Positions 50,709-60,479 of a stretch of DNA of 64,000 bases are shown piece after piece. The DNA lies in contig JAEOTO010000011.1 of the NCBI GenBank assembly GCA_016839805.1, positions 1-64,000 on the forward strand, in the 5' to 3' direction. The notes beneath the pieces are model-generated. The model ran no database searches. It saw nothing but the letters and a program-made list of their open reading frames with translations, and was not told where the DNA came from. The position numbers and the translations under genes are program-made. The DNA is from Candidatus Hermodarchaeota archaeon. Lineage in GTDB: Archaea; Asgardarchaeota; Hermodarchaeia; Hermodarchaeales; Hermodarchaeaceae. How positions within the stretch are numbered: the first letter of the stretch is position 1; every line of letters begins with the position of its first letter.

Positions 50709-51272
50709 ATGGAACGAACCGAAATTCGTCTAGGTGGTTTGGGCGGACAAGGCGTCATTAAATCCGCCGTCATCATAGGTGAAGCAGCATCGATTTACGA
50801 CGGAAAAGAAGCCGTACAAACCGCCTCCTATGGTCCCGAATCTCGGGGAAGCGCTTGTAAAGCCGAGGTTATTATCTCAAATACCCCCGTTGATTATCCT
50901 CTCGTTTTAGCACCACATGTACTAGTAGCTCTCTCCAACGATGCATACCAAAAATACAAAAGCGATCTCAGGAAGGGTGCCATCGCGATTATTGATTCAG
51001 ACTTAGTAAAAGCGGGAAAAATTAAGGCAGGTATACAAGTGTATCAGGTGCCTGCTGCTGCTACAGCTCACCAGGTCTTAGAAAATCCCCTAGTAACTAA
51101 TGTCGTGATGTTGGGTGCCTTCACCGCTATCACGAAAACCGTCACCCCTGATGCAATGCGCAAAGCCATTGCGAATGCATTTCCCAAATATCAGGAACTC
51201 AACCTCCGTGCTTTCGACGAAGGCATGAAACTCGGACAGGAAGCAATGGAGCAATCATCAAAAACGGAGTGA
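50709..51272 (+). CDS. korC: 2-oxoacid:ferredoxin oxidoreductase gamma subunit
   Basis: GLGGQGVI, SYGPESRG, NVVMLGA. Confidence 0.88.
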   Translation: MERTEIRLGGLGGQGVIKSAVIIGEAASIYDGKEAVQTASYGPESRGSACKAEVIISNTPVDYPLVLAPHVLVALSNDAYQKYKSDLRKGAIAIIDSDLVKAGKIKAGIQVYQVPAAATAHQVLENPLVTNVVMLGAFTAITKTVTPDAMRKAIANAFPKYQELNLRAFDEGMKLGQEAMEQSSKTE

Positions 51273-51280
51273 AAAATCTG

Positions 51281-53251
51281 ATGTCGACTGAAGAACCTAA
51301 AATTGGCGTCTTCATCTGCCACTGTGGCTCAAATATTGCTGGGGTTATCGATATACCTCAACTAGTTGAATACACAGCAACACTGCCCAATGTCGTTGTG
51401 GCCGAAGATTATCGCTATATGTGCTCCGACCCCGGACAGGACCTCATCCGAGAACGTGCCCGGGAAAAGGGGTTAAACCGTGTCGTCGTTGCGGCATGCA
51501 GCCCTACTCTCCACGAACCCACCTTTCGACGTGTCCTCGAAAGCATGGGGTTAAATCCTTTCTTCTTTGATATGTCCAATATTCGTGAACACTGCTCATG
51601 GGTTCACACCCACGAAGAAGAAGCTGCCCTCGAAAAGGCAAAAGATCTTGTTAGAATGGCTGTAGCCCGAGCGGCTGAACTTGAACCCCTCGTACAAAAG
51701 GAAGTTGATGTCAAAGCTAGTGTTCTCGTCGTGGGTGCTGGTATCGCTGGCATTCAAGCTGCCCTCGACATTGCTGATGCCGGTTACAAGGTCTACCTGG
51801 TCGAAAAAGAACCCAGCATCGGGGGGCACATGGCCCAACTCGATAAGACCTTTCCCACGCTTGACTGTTCCAGTTGTATCCTCACACCCAAAATGAGCCT
51901 AATCGGTCAACATCCCAACATCGAATTACTCACCTACAGTGAAGTCCGTGAAGTTGACGGTTTTGTTGGTAACTTCAAAGTAAAAGTCGAACGAAAACCC
52001 CGCTTCGTTATTGAAGATAAGTGCACTGCCTGTGCCGATTGTCTCGAAGTCTGTCCCGTAAACGTCCCGGATGAGTTCAATACGGGTCTTGGATGGAGAA
52101 AAGCCATTTACATCCCCTTCGCTCAAGCCGTTCCTAACGCATACATCATCGACACGGAACACTGTCTGGGCATGACTCCCATTGCCTGTGGAAAGTGCAA
52201 AGACTCCTGTGAAGCTGAAGCCATTGACTATGAAATGAAGCCTGAAATTCTAGAACTCGATATCGGTGCTATCATTGTCACCACCGGATTCAAACTCTTC
52301 AATGCCATGGAACAACTCGAATACGGCTATGGCAAATACCCTGATGTAATGACTAATCTCGAAATGGAACGAATGCTAAGTGCCGCAGGACCCACCGACG
52401 GTAAAATCATACGTCCCTCAAGCATGAAAAAGCCTAAAGACATCGCCTACATCCAATGTGTCGGCTCACGCAACGAACGCTACAACAATTACTGTTCCCG
52501 CGTCTGTTGTATGGCCGCTCTAAAACAAGCCCGACAAATCCGAGAAAAATACCCCGACATTAACGTCACCATCTTCTACATCGATATGCGAGCCTTCGGC
52601 AAGGGATATGAAGAATTCTATGAAAGCACCTCACGCGAATATGGCGTCACCTTCGTCCGAGGTCGAGTTGCAGAAGTTCGAGGATCCTTCGATTCCGACC
52701 GCATTGTTATCCGAGCAGAAGATACCCTCCTAGGACAGCCCGTAGAAGCCGAAGCCGATATCGTCGTTCTCTCATGTGGCATTCAAGCAGCCGAGAATCA
52801 AGGAGACCTCGCCCGGGTCCTCGGTATCCAACTCAGCGCCGATGGCTTCTTCCTCGAAGCCCACCCAAAACTACGCCCTGTTGAAACCAATACTGACGGT
52901 ATCTTCATTGCAGGAGCTGCCCAAGGACCGAAAGACATCCCCGACTCAGTAGCCCAAGCCAAAGGCGCCGCCGCAAGCGCTTTAACCATGGTGACCGCAG
53001 GTCGAGTCAAAGTTCAACCCTACGCTGCTGTCGTCAATGAAGAACTCTGCGCTGGATGCGGTATCTGTGAAGCTTCCTGCCCTTATGGCGCAGTCAAAGT
53101 AGTTGATAATGTCGCACAAGTAACTGAAGCCCAATGCAAGGGCTGCGGAACCTGCGCTGCCGCCTGTCCCAACGAGGCTATTGCACCCCAACACTTTACC
53201 ATGGATCAAATCATTGCCCAACTTGACGCGCTCTTTCAGGAGGCACGCTAA
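51281..53251 (+). CDS. hdrA: Heterodisulfide reductase subunit A (Cys form)
   Basis: [51 protein letters not shown]. Confidence 0.95.
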   Translation: MSTEEPKIGVFICHCGSNIAGVIDIPQLVEYTATLPNVVVAEDYRYMCSDPGQDLIRERAREKGLNRVVVAACSPTLHEPTFRRVLESMGLNPFFFDMSNIREHCSWVHTHEEEAALEKAKDLVRMAVARAAELEPLVQKEVDVKASVLVVGAGIAGIQAALDIADAGYKVYLVEKEPSIGGHMAQLDKTFPTLDCSSCILTPKMSLIGQHPNIELLTYSEVREVDGFVGNFKVKVERKPRFVIEDKCTACADCLEVCPVNVPDEFNTGLGWRKAIYIPFAQAVPNAYIIDTEHCLGMTPIACGKCKDSCEAEAIDYEMKPEILELDIGAIIVTTGFKLFNAMEQLEYGYGKYPDVMTNLEMERMLSAAGPTDGKIIRPSSMKKPKDIAYIQCVGSRNERYNNYCSRVCCMAALKQARQIREKYPDINVTIFYIDMRAFGKGYEEFYESTSREYGVTFVRGRVAEVRGSFDSDRIVIRAEDTLLGQPVEAEADIVVLSCGIQAAENQGDLARVLGIQLSADGFFLEAHPKLRPVETNTDGIFIAGAAQGPKDIPDSVAQAKGAAASALTMVTAGRVKVQPYAAVVNEELCAGCGICEASCPYGAVKVVDNVAQVTEAQCKGCGTCAAACPNEAIAPQHFTMDQIIAQLDALFQEAR

Positions 53252-53253
53252 AG

Positions 53254-53682
53254 TTGACCAAGAAGAACTGGGAACCTAAAATCGTCTGTTTCGCCTGCCG
53301 TTGGTGTAGCTACGCAGGAGCTGACATGGCGGGGACCTCTCGTATCCAATATCCTCCCAATGCGCGTGTCATCCGAGTCAACTGTAGTGGTCGCGTTGAT
53401 CCGCAGTTTATTTTACGCGCGCTCAAACTCAAAGCCGATGGCGTGCTCATTGCTGGCTGCCATTTCGGTGATTGCCACTATGTCTCCGGGAACTACCAAA
53501 CCTCACGCCGCGTTGAACTTCTCAAAGAATACCTCAAAGAAATTGGCTTAGAGCCTGAACGATTACGCCTCGAATGGATTTCTGCGGCTGAAGGCACTAA
53601 ATTCGCCGAGACCATGAAGTCATTCGTAAATGAGATTAAGCTTTTAGGACCCAATCCGCTGGCTGACGGAGGACCCGAATAA
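53254..53682 (+). CDS. mvhD: MvhD [2Fe-2S] subunit
   Basis: [24 protein letters not shown]. Confidence 0.95.
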   Translation: MTKKNWEPKIVCFACRWCSYAGADMAGTSRIQYPPNARVIRVNCSGRVDPQFILRALKLKADGVLIAGCHFGDCHYVSGNYQTSRRVELLKEYLKEIGLEPERLRLEWISAAEGTKFAETMKSFVNEIKLLGPNPLADGGPE

Positions 53683-53683
53683 G

Positions 53684-54622
53684 ATGACAAAACCATCCCT
53701 CGCCGTCGAAACACTCAGCATCTGCTCTGGCTGTGAAATCGCCATCCTGGATCTACACCAGGCCCTCCCAGGGGTGCTGGATGCCATCGACCTCAAATAC
53801 ATCCAAGTCCTCATGGACTTCCGTGAACCCCCCAAAGAAGGCGTCACCGTCGGTTTTGTCTCCGGTGGAGTCCGCAACGAAGAACAAGTCGAACTCCTCC
53901 ACAAAATACGCGAACGCTCACAAATCCTTGTCGCCTTCGGAGCCTGCTCAGCCTTTGGTGGTATACCCGGGCTCGCCAACCTCCACACTAAGGACGAACT
54001 TCTGCAAGAAGTCTACATCGACACTGTAAGCACCGTCAACCCCAAAGGTGTAATTCCCCACAAAGTCGTTCCCCCCCTCCTTGAAGAAGTTCACCCCATC
54101 AGCGACTTTGTCAAAGTCGACTACGTTCTCCCGGGCTGCCCGCCGCCACCCAAACTCATCGCTGAACTCGTCACCTGCCTCCTCGAAGGCAAAGAATTCC
54201 GACTCGAGCCTAAAACCGTCTGCGACCAATGCCCCCTCACCAAGGACGAAAAAAGCGTCACCAACTTCATCCGCTGGGGCACCAAAAAAATCGACCCCGA
54301 ACGCTGCCTCCTCGAACAAGGCTTCCAATGCCTGGGTCCTGTCACTCAAGGTGGCTGCGAAGCCCGTTGCCCCACCGCCCTCGCGCCCTGCCGAGGCTGC
54401 TTCGGACCCACCGAAAGTGTCCACGACCAAGCCGCCAAAATGATAGGCGCCATCGGCTCCGTTGTCATCCAAGATCCCACCAAAGCCCCTGCCCCTGAAC
54501 AAATCGTGAAGGAAATCCCCGACCTTGTGGGTACCTACCTCCGCTTCAGTTTAGCGGCATCCACCTTCAAAAAAGCGCTTCACACAAACGTTGTCAAAAT
54601 GAAAAAGGGTGTAAAAGCATGA
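53684..54622 (+). CDS. mvhG: Group 3c [NiFe]-hydrogenase small subunit
   Basis: CSGCE, GAC..GG.PG, PGCPP, C.GP.T.GGC.A.CP....CRGCFG. Confidence 0.92.
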   Translation: MTKPSLAVETLSICSGCEIAILDLHQALPGVLDAIDLKYIQVLMDFREPPKEGVTVGFVSGGVRNEEQVELLHKIRERSQILVAFGACSAFGGIPGLANLHTKDELLQEVYIDTVSTVNPKGVIPHKVVPPLLEEVHPISDFVKVDYVLPGCPPPPKLIAELVTCLLEGKEFRLEPKTVCDQCPLTKDEKSVTNFIRWGTKKIDPERCLLEQGFQCLGPVTQGGCEARCPTALAPCRGCFGPTESVHDQAAKMIGAIGSVVIQDPTKAPAPEQIVKEIPDLVGTYLRFSLAASTFKKALHTNVVKMKKGVKA

Positions 54623-56040
54623 GTCAAAAAGGAAAAACCATCAAAATCGCTCCCGTCTCCCGCGTCGAAGGACACGGCGCCATCACCATTCAACTCGACC
54701 AACAAGGCAACGTCGCCGACGCCCACTTCCACGTCATGGACGTACGCGGCTTTGAAATGTTTATGCAAAACCGTCCCGTCGAAGAAGCCCAACGCATCGC
54801 CACTCGCATGTGTGGCATCTGCCCCGTCAGCCATCATCTTGCCTCTGCCCACGCAGCTGATGCACTTTACAGAGTAGATCCCCCACGAACCGCCAAAATG
54901 CTCCGCGAACTCATGCATATGGGGCAATTACTGCATTCACATGTTTTGCATTTTTGGTATTTAGCTGCACCAGATCTATTACTACCAGATACGGGGCCTG
55001 AGACACGGCATGTTGTGACATTATTGCAGAAACATCCCGATGTGGTCAAGAAGGTTATTCGTGCCCGTCAGGTCGGACAGAACATCATCGAAGCCACGGG
55101 AGGTCGTGCAATCCACCCAGTTACAGCTCAACCTGGTGGGATATCTAAGCCTCTCTCAGAAGAGGTACGGGACGACCTAATAGCACAAGTCGATGAAGCA
55201 CTTGCGATTACCCATGAATTGTTCCCCGTTGTGCGTCCAGTACTGGATAAGGTTGAATTATTAGATGAATTGAAGACGGGCTACCTTGGATTGGTCAACA
55301 AGGATGGCAATCTTGATCCATACCAAGGTCTTCTTCGCCTTGTTGACCATGATGACAAACGCCTGGAAGAATTTCCTGTCAAAGATTACCTCAAATATAT
55401 TGGAGAGCACGTCACCGATTATTCCTACCTGAAGTTCCCATTCTACTTACCACGGGGTTGGCCTAAAGGGATGTACCGGGTAGGTCCACTCGCTCGGATA
55501 AATGTGGCTGATTCTATTCATACTCCTGATGCACGGGAAGAATTTGAAAAACTACATGACCAATTCGGACGAACTACAAACCATACACATCTCTACCACT
55601 GGTCTCGGCTGATTGAGATTTTATATGCAATCGAACGTGCAAAGGAACTCCTTACCGACTCTGAAATCACCAGCGATAATGTCATGAAGGAAGTGGAAAT
55701 TCGAGGTGGAGTTGGTATTGGGGTCATTGAAGCTCCTCGTGGAACCCTTATCCACCATTACACAGCCAACTCCGATGGCATCCTGACTAAAGTCAACCTC
55801 ATCGTTTCAACAGTAGGAAATAATGGTGGTATGGATCGTGGAGTCAAAACTCTTGCTCAACGTTATATCAAAAAAGGAGTTATTAATCCAATTATTTTAT
55901 CAAACATTGAAACAGTTGTTAGAGCTTATGATCCGTGCTTATCATGTGCTGTTCATTCAATAAATGGTCAAATGGCAATGCAAATTGATGTGAAAAACCA
56001 TCTTGGCGAACGAGTTCAAGTGCTCCGAAATTTTGAGTGA
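54619..56040 (+). CDS. mvhA: Group 3c [NiFe]-hydrogenase large subunit with cleavable C-terminal extension
   Basis: RVEGH, RMCGIC...H (L1), EAPRG, RAYDPCLSCAVH (L2) plus 27-aa tail. Confidence 0.93.
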   Translation: MSQKGKTIKIAPVSRVEGHGAITIQLDQQGNVADAHFHVMDVRGFEMFMQNRPVEEAQRIATRMCGICPVSHHLASAHAADALYRVDPPRTAKMLRELMHMGQLLHSHVLHFWYLAAPDLLLPDTGPETRHVVTLLQKHPDVVKKVIRARQVGQNIIEATGGRAIHPVTAQPGGISKPLSEEVRDDLIAQVDEALAITHELFPVVRPVLDKVELLDELKTGYLGLVNKDGNLDPYQGLLRLVDHDDKRLEEFPVKDYLKYIGEHVTDYSYLKFPFYLPRGWPKGMYRVGPLARINVADSIHTPDAREEFEKLHDQFGRTTNHTHLYHWSRLIEILYAIERAKELLTDSEITSDNVMKEVEIRGGVGIGVIEAPRGTLIHHYTANSDGILTKVNLIVSTVGNNGGMDRGVKTLAQRYIKKGVINPIILSNIETVVRAYDPCLSCAVHSINGQMAMQIDVKNHLGERVQVLRNFE

Positions 56041-56100
56041 ATGGGAATTTAACTAAATTCACCAGCTATTCGTTGTAAGCTAATGATCTTCTTTCTCTTT

Positions 56101-57219
56101 TCACCTATTTTCATTTGACTTCCACCATTTTCTCTCGGATTCCTCTATGAATCCTTCTCGCTTAAGTCTTTCAAACATAGAATCGGCTTTTTCTTCTTGA
56201 GTATTAAGCCAGTTTCTAACTGCAACACGCTTGCGTCCAGAGGACGGTGGAGCTAGGATAGACCAGCGTAGAATATCATCTTGACCATTGACAACAGTCA
56301 CCCATGATGTAGAAACTCGACCATTTTTGAAGACACGAATCAGTTCAGAATAACAGGACCGATTGATTCCTAAACTTTCTAGCAGACTTCCTTCATCATC
56401 TATAAGCTTACATCGGTTACCTTCAATTAATTCAACTAATTGAGCTGCGATTATTCTGTCATGGATATTGGCAGCTTTATTTACCAATTCTTGAAGCTCT
56501 CTCATCCGTAATCTGGTTCTCTCAATTTCCTCAGAGTTGATTTTCTGTGAGGTTTCTTCGCCATACCTCAAAATGAAGTCTTTCTGTTGCTGCGAAATCT
56601 TTGGTTCAAAATTATATTCTTTGTTTTTTGAACCGGCATCAAGGACCACTATTCTCCGCCAAGCAAAGGAAAGTGTTTTCTCGGTATGAATAAACGATCC
56701 CTCTTCAGGAATCAATTCTTCAATATAGGCCCTTTTTACCCGTATTGACCCATTCCAAATGCTTGAAGGAAGCTCAAAGGATTGTAGGTGTTTTGCTCCT
56801 TTCCTCACTCCCCAATTCTCTAGTTGTCGACCGAGTACTGTCGTTGAATTTAGTTTGTAAACATTTCCTCGAGATTTAAGGTTCACATGTGCATCACCAA
56901 ATGTTTCTTTCAAGAGGTTCACAACATATTCTACTCGATCTTTTTCTTTCTCAGCGTACTCTGGTGTTGCTGATTTTCGATTCACATGTCCATCACTGAG
57001 GTAGATGGCGAGGAGGCGTGCTCGGAGTTCGTCTCGTTTTTCTCCCTCGGGGAATTGGGGGTTGTGGATTCCGTATCGTGGGTTTCTGCCGATGTGTTGG
57101 ATTTGTGGTTGTATGTCAGTGAATGTGGTGTTTGTTGCGTCGAGGAGGAAGTGTAGGCTTTCGCCGAGGATGTAGTGTCGGTGGGTTCCGTGGCTTATAC
57201 TGTGTTTGCACAAAGCCAC
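56101..57219 (-). CDS. Free-standing LAGLIDADG-like protein, probably 5'-truncated
   Basis: LLAIYLSDGHV and AYIEELIPEEGSF about 95 aa apart; no intein motifs; no convincing start. Confidence 0.5.
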   Translation of the reverse strand: MALCKHSISHGTHRHYILGESLHFLLDATNTTFTDIQPQIQHIGRNPRYGIHNPQFPEGEKRDELRARLLAIYLSDGHVNRKSATPEYAEKEKDRVEYVVNLLKETFGDAHVNLKSRGNVYKLNSTTVLGRQLENWGVRKGAKHLQSFELPSSIWNGSIRVKRAYIEELIPEEGSFIHTEKTLSFAWRRIVVLDAGSKNKEYNFEPKISQQQKDFILRYGEETSQKINSEEIERTRLRMRELQELVNKAANIHDRIIAAQLVELIEGNRCKLIDDEGSLLESLGINRSCYSELIRVFKNGRVSTSWVTVVNGQDDILRWSILAPPSSGRKRVAVRNWLNTQEEKADSMFERLKREGFIEESERKWWKSNENR

Positions 57220-57534
57220 GGATTTACTAGTGCCAAAATCGTAGAAGGTGTTCTAAATCCAACCATTTTAAATGATACTGGTAACCTTTTCTTTATCTAC
57301 TCGATTTTAACCTTTATTGGTGAAAATGGTACCCAAGTTATTGAATGGAAGATTGAAATCCCCATCAATGTTGGACAAAGCGACATCGATGTAATATCAA
57401 CAAGAAATGTCACTGTAAGTGTAGTTCATCTTAATGGTGGATATCTCTATGTTGTTACAATTTATGTCTCAATAATCCTGGTTTTTTTCATTCTTTGTGT
57501 TACATGTGTACTAAAACGCAGACAAAGAGTCTAA
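57212..57534 (+). pseudogene. 3' fragment of a membrane-anchored surface protein
   Basis: N-x-T sequons, C-terminal TM helix and KRRQR tail; no start or signal peptide. Confidence 0.5.
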
Positions 57535-57548
57535 TGAATTGATGTAAG

Positions 57549-57611
57549 GCGATATTGGTTGCGGTGTTAAATTATTTGGGTCGGACAAAACAGGTGATTC
57601 AGCACTTTGAT
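57549..57611 (+). repeat. mvhA 3'-end copy 1 (degenerate, partial)
   Basis: Translates AILVAVLNYLGRTKQVIQHFD, versus AMRIEVLNHLGETTQVLQNFE in copy 3. Confidence 0.65.
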
Positions 57612-57637
57612 GCCTGGCTGTATTCGGTCTGATTGTT

Positions 57638-58276
57638 TTAGCCAATTAGTTCCTTTACTTTCTTGAAGATATCCTGAGCTAATATTGCTTTGCCACAATG
57701 GGCGCAGTAAATTTGGTTTCCTGTTTCGGGAAGTTCGACATTGGCACCGCATTCTGGGCATTTGACTACCTGTAGCATCAAGCCTCCTTCTTTCATGTAA
57801 TTTTTTAGAAAGGAGAAGTCAAGATGAACGTGGACGCGTTCTTTTTGGCGTTCGGCTTGAAGGGCTTGTTTTCTAGCGTCTGCCCATTCGAAGATGTGTC
57901 GCCGAAATTTATCGAAATAAGTGCCACTGACTCCACTTAAGTGGAATACTTTCTCACCGGTTGGGTCACCGATTGATACGTATTTTCTTACCATACCACC
58001 CATGGAGATTCCGGTAATTTCCTCTAAGGGTGTTTCAAAAATCGTATGGTAAGACTTGCTAAGTCTTCCTCTGCTTTCTAACCAGATTAATCGTTGAGAG
58101 GTAAGGACTAAGGCACCTTTCTTTTTTTCCTTTACATCTTTCGGTACATCTTTTTTGAAAATCCTGCCTTTCTTTTCAAAGATCGTATGGGTCGCTTCAC
58201 AATTTCCTTTCCAATGGTGTATTATTTTCTCTCCTTCTCGAAGAAATATGGTATCTTCCTATGGCAAAACCACCAT
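57638..58276 (-). pseudogene. PH/GRAM-like domain plus zinc-ribbon protein, disrupted
   Basis: Frame extends upstream of the listed ORF (KGALVLTSQRLIW...PLEEI); early TAG and frameshift near 58220-58260; CPECG...CAHCG. Confidence 0.6.
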
Positions 58277-58464
58277 CTCCGACAGTAATTGCAAAACGCA
58301 ATTAGCGTATTTAATATTGTTCCAACAGTACTGAAGCAGAAATTAGTTTTTGGGTTTTTCCTTTACTCTTCATAGCAATGAGAATATTGCAAAAACTACA
58401 ATTAGTAATTAGGAAGGGGTGTTATTCAGTTAAGGTCTAAATCTCAATTATGTTATTACACAGT

Positions 58465-58503
58465 CTCTCTTGTGCGGTGCATGCGGTGAATGGGCAGATG
58501 GCG
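58465..58503 (+). repeat. mvhA 3'-end copy 2 (truncated)
   Basis: LSCAVHAVNGQMA; 39 nt identical to 61154-61192. Confidence 0.88.
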
Positions 58504-58522
58504 TTAAAAGGTCAGACCAGGA

Positions 58523-58708
58523 TTATTCTTCGTGTTTTGGTTTTTTAGAAGTGTTTTCGGTGTGAGGTGGCTCATCATCAGGTGGAATTAAGCCTAATCG
58601 TTTTTTCCGCTCTTCTGGACTGAGCTTTGAAATACTTGTTTCACCAGGTTTCCATTTCCCTTTTTTTCTTTTTACTTCAGCTTTTATATTCTCTAACTCT
58701 TCATTCAT
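58523..58708 (-). CDS. Stand-alone C1A propeptide-like protein (candidate protease inhibitor)
   Basis: WKPGETSISKLSPEERKKRLGLIP aligns ungapped with WRPGSTQIARKPLAVRKRMLGLKP of the neighbouring protease. Confidence 0.65.
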   Translation of the reverse strand: MNEELENIKAEVKRKKGKWKPGETSISKLSPEERKKRLGLIPPDDEPPHTENTSKKPKHEE

Positions 58709-58842
58709 TATTAATAACCATCGGGCTGATGGTCATGTTGAATAGTTGATGCCCTTTAAACTTATCTTTCCTTTTTTTTGGTTAAAGATTTATATATTGT
58801 ATAGACTATAATTACATCATAGCACCAATTGGAGGGAATTGA

Positions 58843-60198
58843 ATGGTTGAAAGTACTGAATTTAAGAAACTCATAACTGAATATCGAAAAAGGCCTGCTA
58901 GATGGAGGCCAGGATCAACACAAATCGCAAGAAAGCCTCTCGCTGTTCGAAAAAGAATGCTTGGTTTGAAACCAACTCGAAGCTTATTAAGACGGATAAA
59001 GGCGGCAAAACTAGACCAACCTGTCCGGCGAGTGAGAAGACTCGGGACGGGACTTGCTGTTTCTACAAGTTACCCAAATGCATGGGATTGGCGAAATGTT
59101 GATGGGAAAGATTGGACTACCCCAATACGAAACCAGGGAGGATGCGGCTCATGTGTAGCCTTTGGAACGCTCGCAGCTTTCGAGGCTCGACAGAAAATTC
59201 AAGTGTTCCGATACCCCACCGCCTCTCCAAACCTCTCTGAAGCTCATCTATTTTTCTGCGGGTGTGGAAACTGCTGTGGTACAGGTTGGTTCTTCACTGA
59301 TGCCCTAGAGTATCTGAAAAAGTATGGAGTTCCACCCGAAGACTGCTTCCCATATGTGGACTCAGATACGCCATGTTCCGATACTTGTGATGATTGGGAG
59401 GATCGAGTCGGATATAACAAAATCAAAAGTTGGGACCATACCATGGACACAGATGAGATGAAAGAATGGATAGCAAGTGATGGGCCACTTGTGGGAGGAA
59501 TGGCAGTATACACCGATTTCTTCTACTACACTGGTGGTATTTACGAATACGTATCGGGGTCTCTTGAAGGATATCATGCCATCGCAGTTGTCGGCTATGA
59601 CGATGATCAAGAATGCTGGATTTGCAAAAATAGTTGGGGCACCGGATGGGGTGAAAATGGCTGGTTCCGAATCGGTTACGGGGAATCAGGAATTGATTCC
59701 GTCTATGGAATGTACAGTATGGATCCTATGGATCCATGTGAAGGTGAAGAATCTCTTAAACTGCTTGGATATCAAGAGGTGTTCTCTACCTTACGGGAAT
59801 TCCGTGGAAGATACTTATTACGAACGGAGTCTGGCAGAGAATACATAAATGCAGTTCGAAGAAATCCAGGACCATTATGGAGAGTTTATTCTTTACTCGC
59901 TTTTGATAAAGATCTACGCAAAAAAACAATGACTGCTTTAGCACCGTTTATTCAAAGCGTTCAGACTATGCATGATCCAAAACCCAAAGTACTAAGCAAA
60001 GCGGATTTCAGTAGAGCAGAAAAAGTGATTGATGCAATAATTAATCGAGAACCCCGAATTCGCAAAGAATTAACACAAGTGAAACAAGAAATGCGTAAAT
60101 ATCAGGGTAAAGATGCTAAACAAATCGTTAGAATGCTTAGACGGGAATCATTTCGTCCGCCACCTCGACCTGTTCCACGTCGATTGGATGATGAATAG
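58843..60198 (+). CDS. Papain-family (C1A) cysteine peptidase with CFI-box-CTERM-like C-terminus
   Basis: WDWRN, NQGGCGSCVAF, GYHAIAVVGY, KNSWG; LREFR...L..ESGREY. Confidence 0.9.
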   Translation: MVESTEFKKLITEYRKRPARWRPGSTQIARKPLAVRKRMLGLKPTRSLLRRIKAAKLDQPVRRVRRLGTGLAVSTSYPNAWDWRNVDGKDWTTPIRNQGGCGSCVAFGTLAAFEARQKIQVFRYPTASPNLSEAHLFFCGCGNCCGTGWFFTDALEYLKKYGVPPEDCFPYVDSDTPCSDTCDDWEDRVGYNKIKSWDHTMDTDEMKEWIASDGPLVGGMAVYTDFFYYTGGIYEYVSGSLEGYHAIAVVGYDDDQECWICKNSWGTGWGENGWFRIGYGESGIDSVYGMYSMDPMDPCEGEESLKLLGYQEVFSTLREFRGRYLLRTESGREYINAVRRNPGPLWRVYSLLAFDKDLRKKTMTALAPFIQSVQTMHDPKPKVLSKADFSRAEKVIDAIINREPRIRKELTQVKQEMRKYQGKDAKQIVRMLRRESFRPPPRPVPRRLDDE

Positions 60199-60479
60199 GT
60201 TTAGACGTATTATGTAGTAGTTTCCATTGACATTGTACAAGTATCCACTATGGTCAGCTCCTGACATGAGGTCAAACAAAACGCAAAAAGCGCATAGTGG
60301 AGGTCTTCAACCTCCTCTTTAGATGATATGCTATTCTTCGATGATTTAACCCAATTGCTCACATCTTTGCAATCCCTTGGTTCATCAGCTAATATTCTCT
60401 ATAGCACCAATCATAGTCACAGTATTCATTAAGTAGTACGCTTACAGTTGGAGATAACAGCATATCGCTTTCTTGGGTT

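Noticed and set aside
53493-54927. Many overlapping antisense and alternative-frame ORFs
   Set aside because: By-product of C-rich third positions suppressing stop codons within mvhD, mvhG and mvhA
51281-56040. Selenocysteine recoding in HdrA, MvhD or MvhA
   Set aside because: All frames are open with Cys at the usual positions; no in-frame TGA
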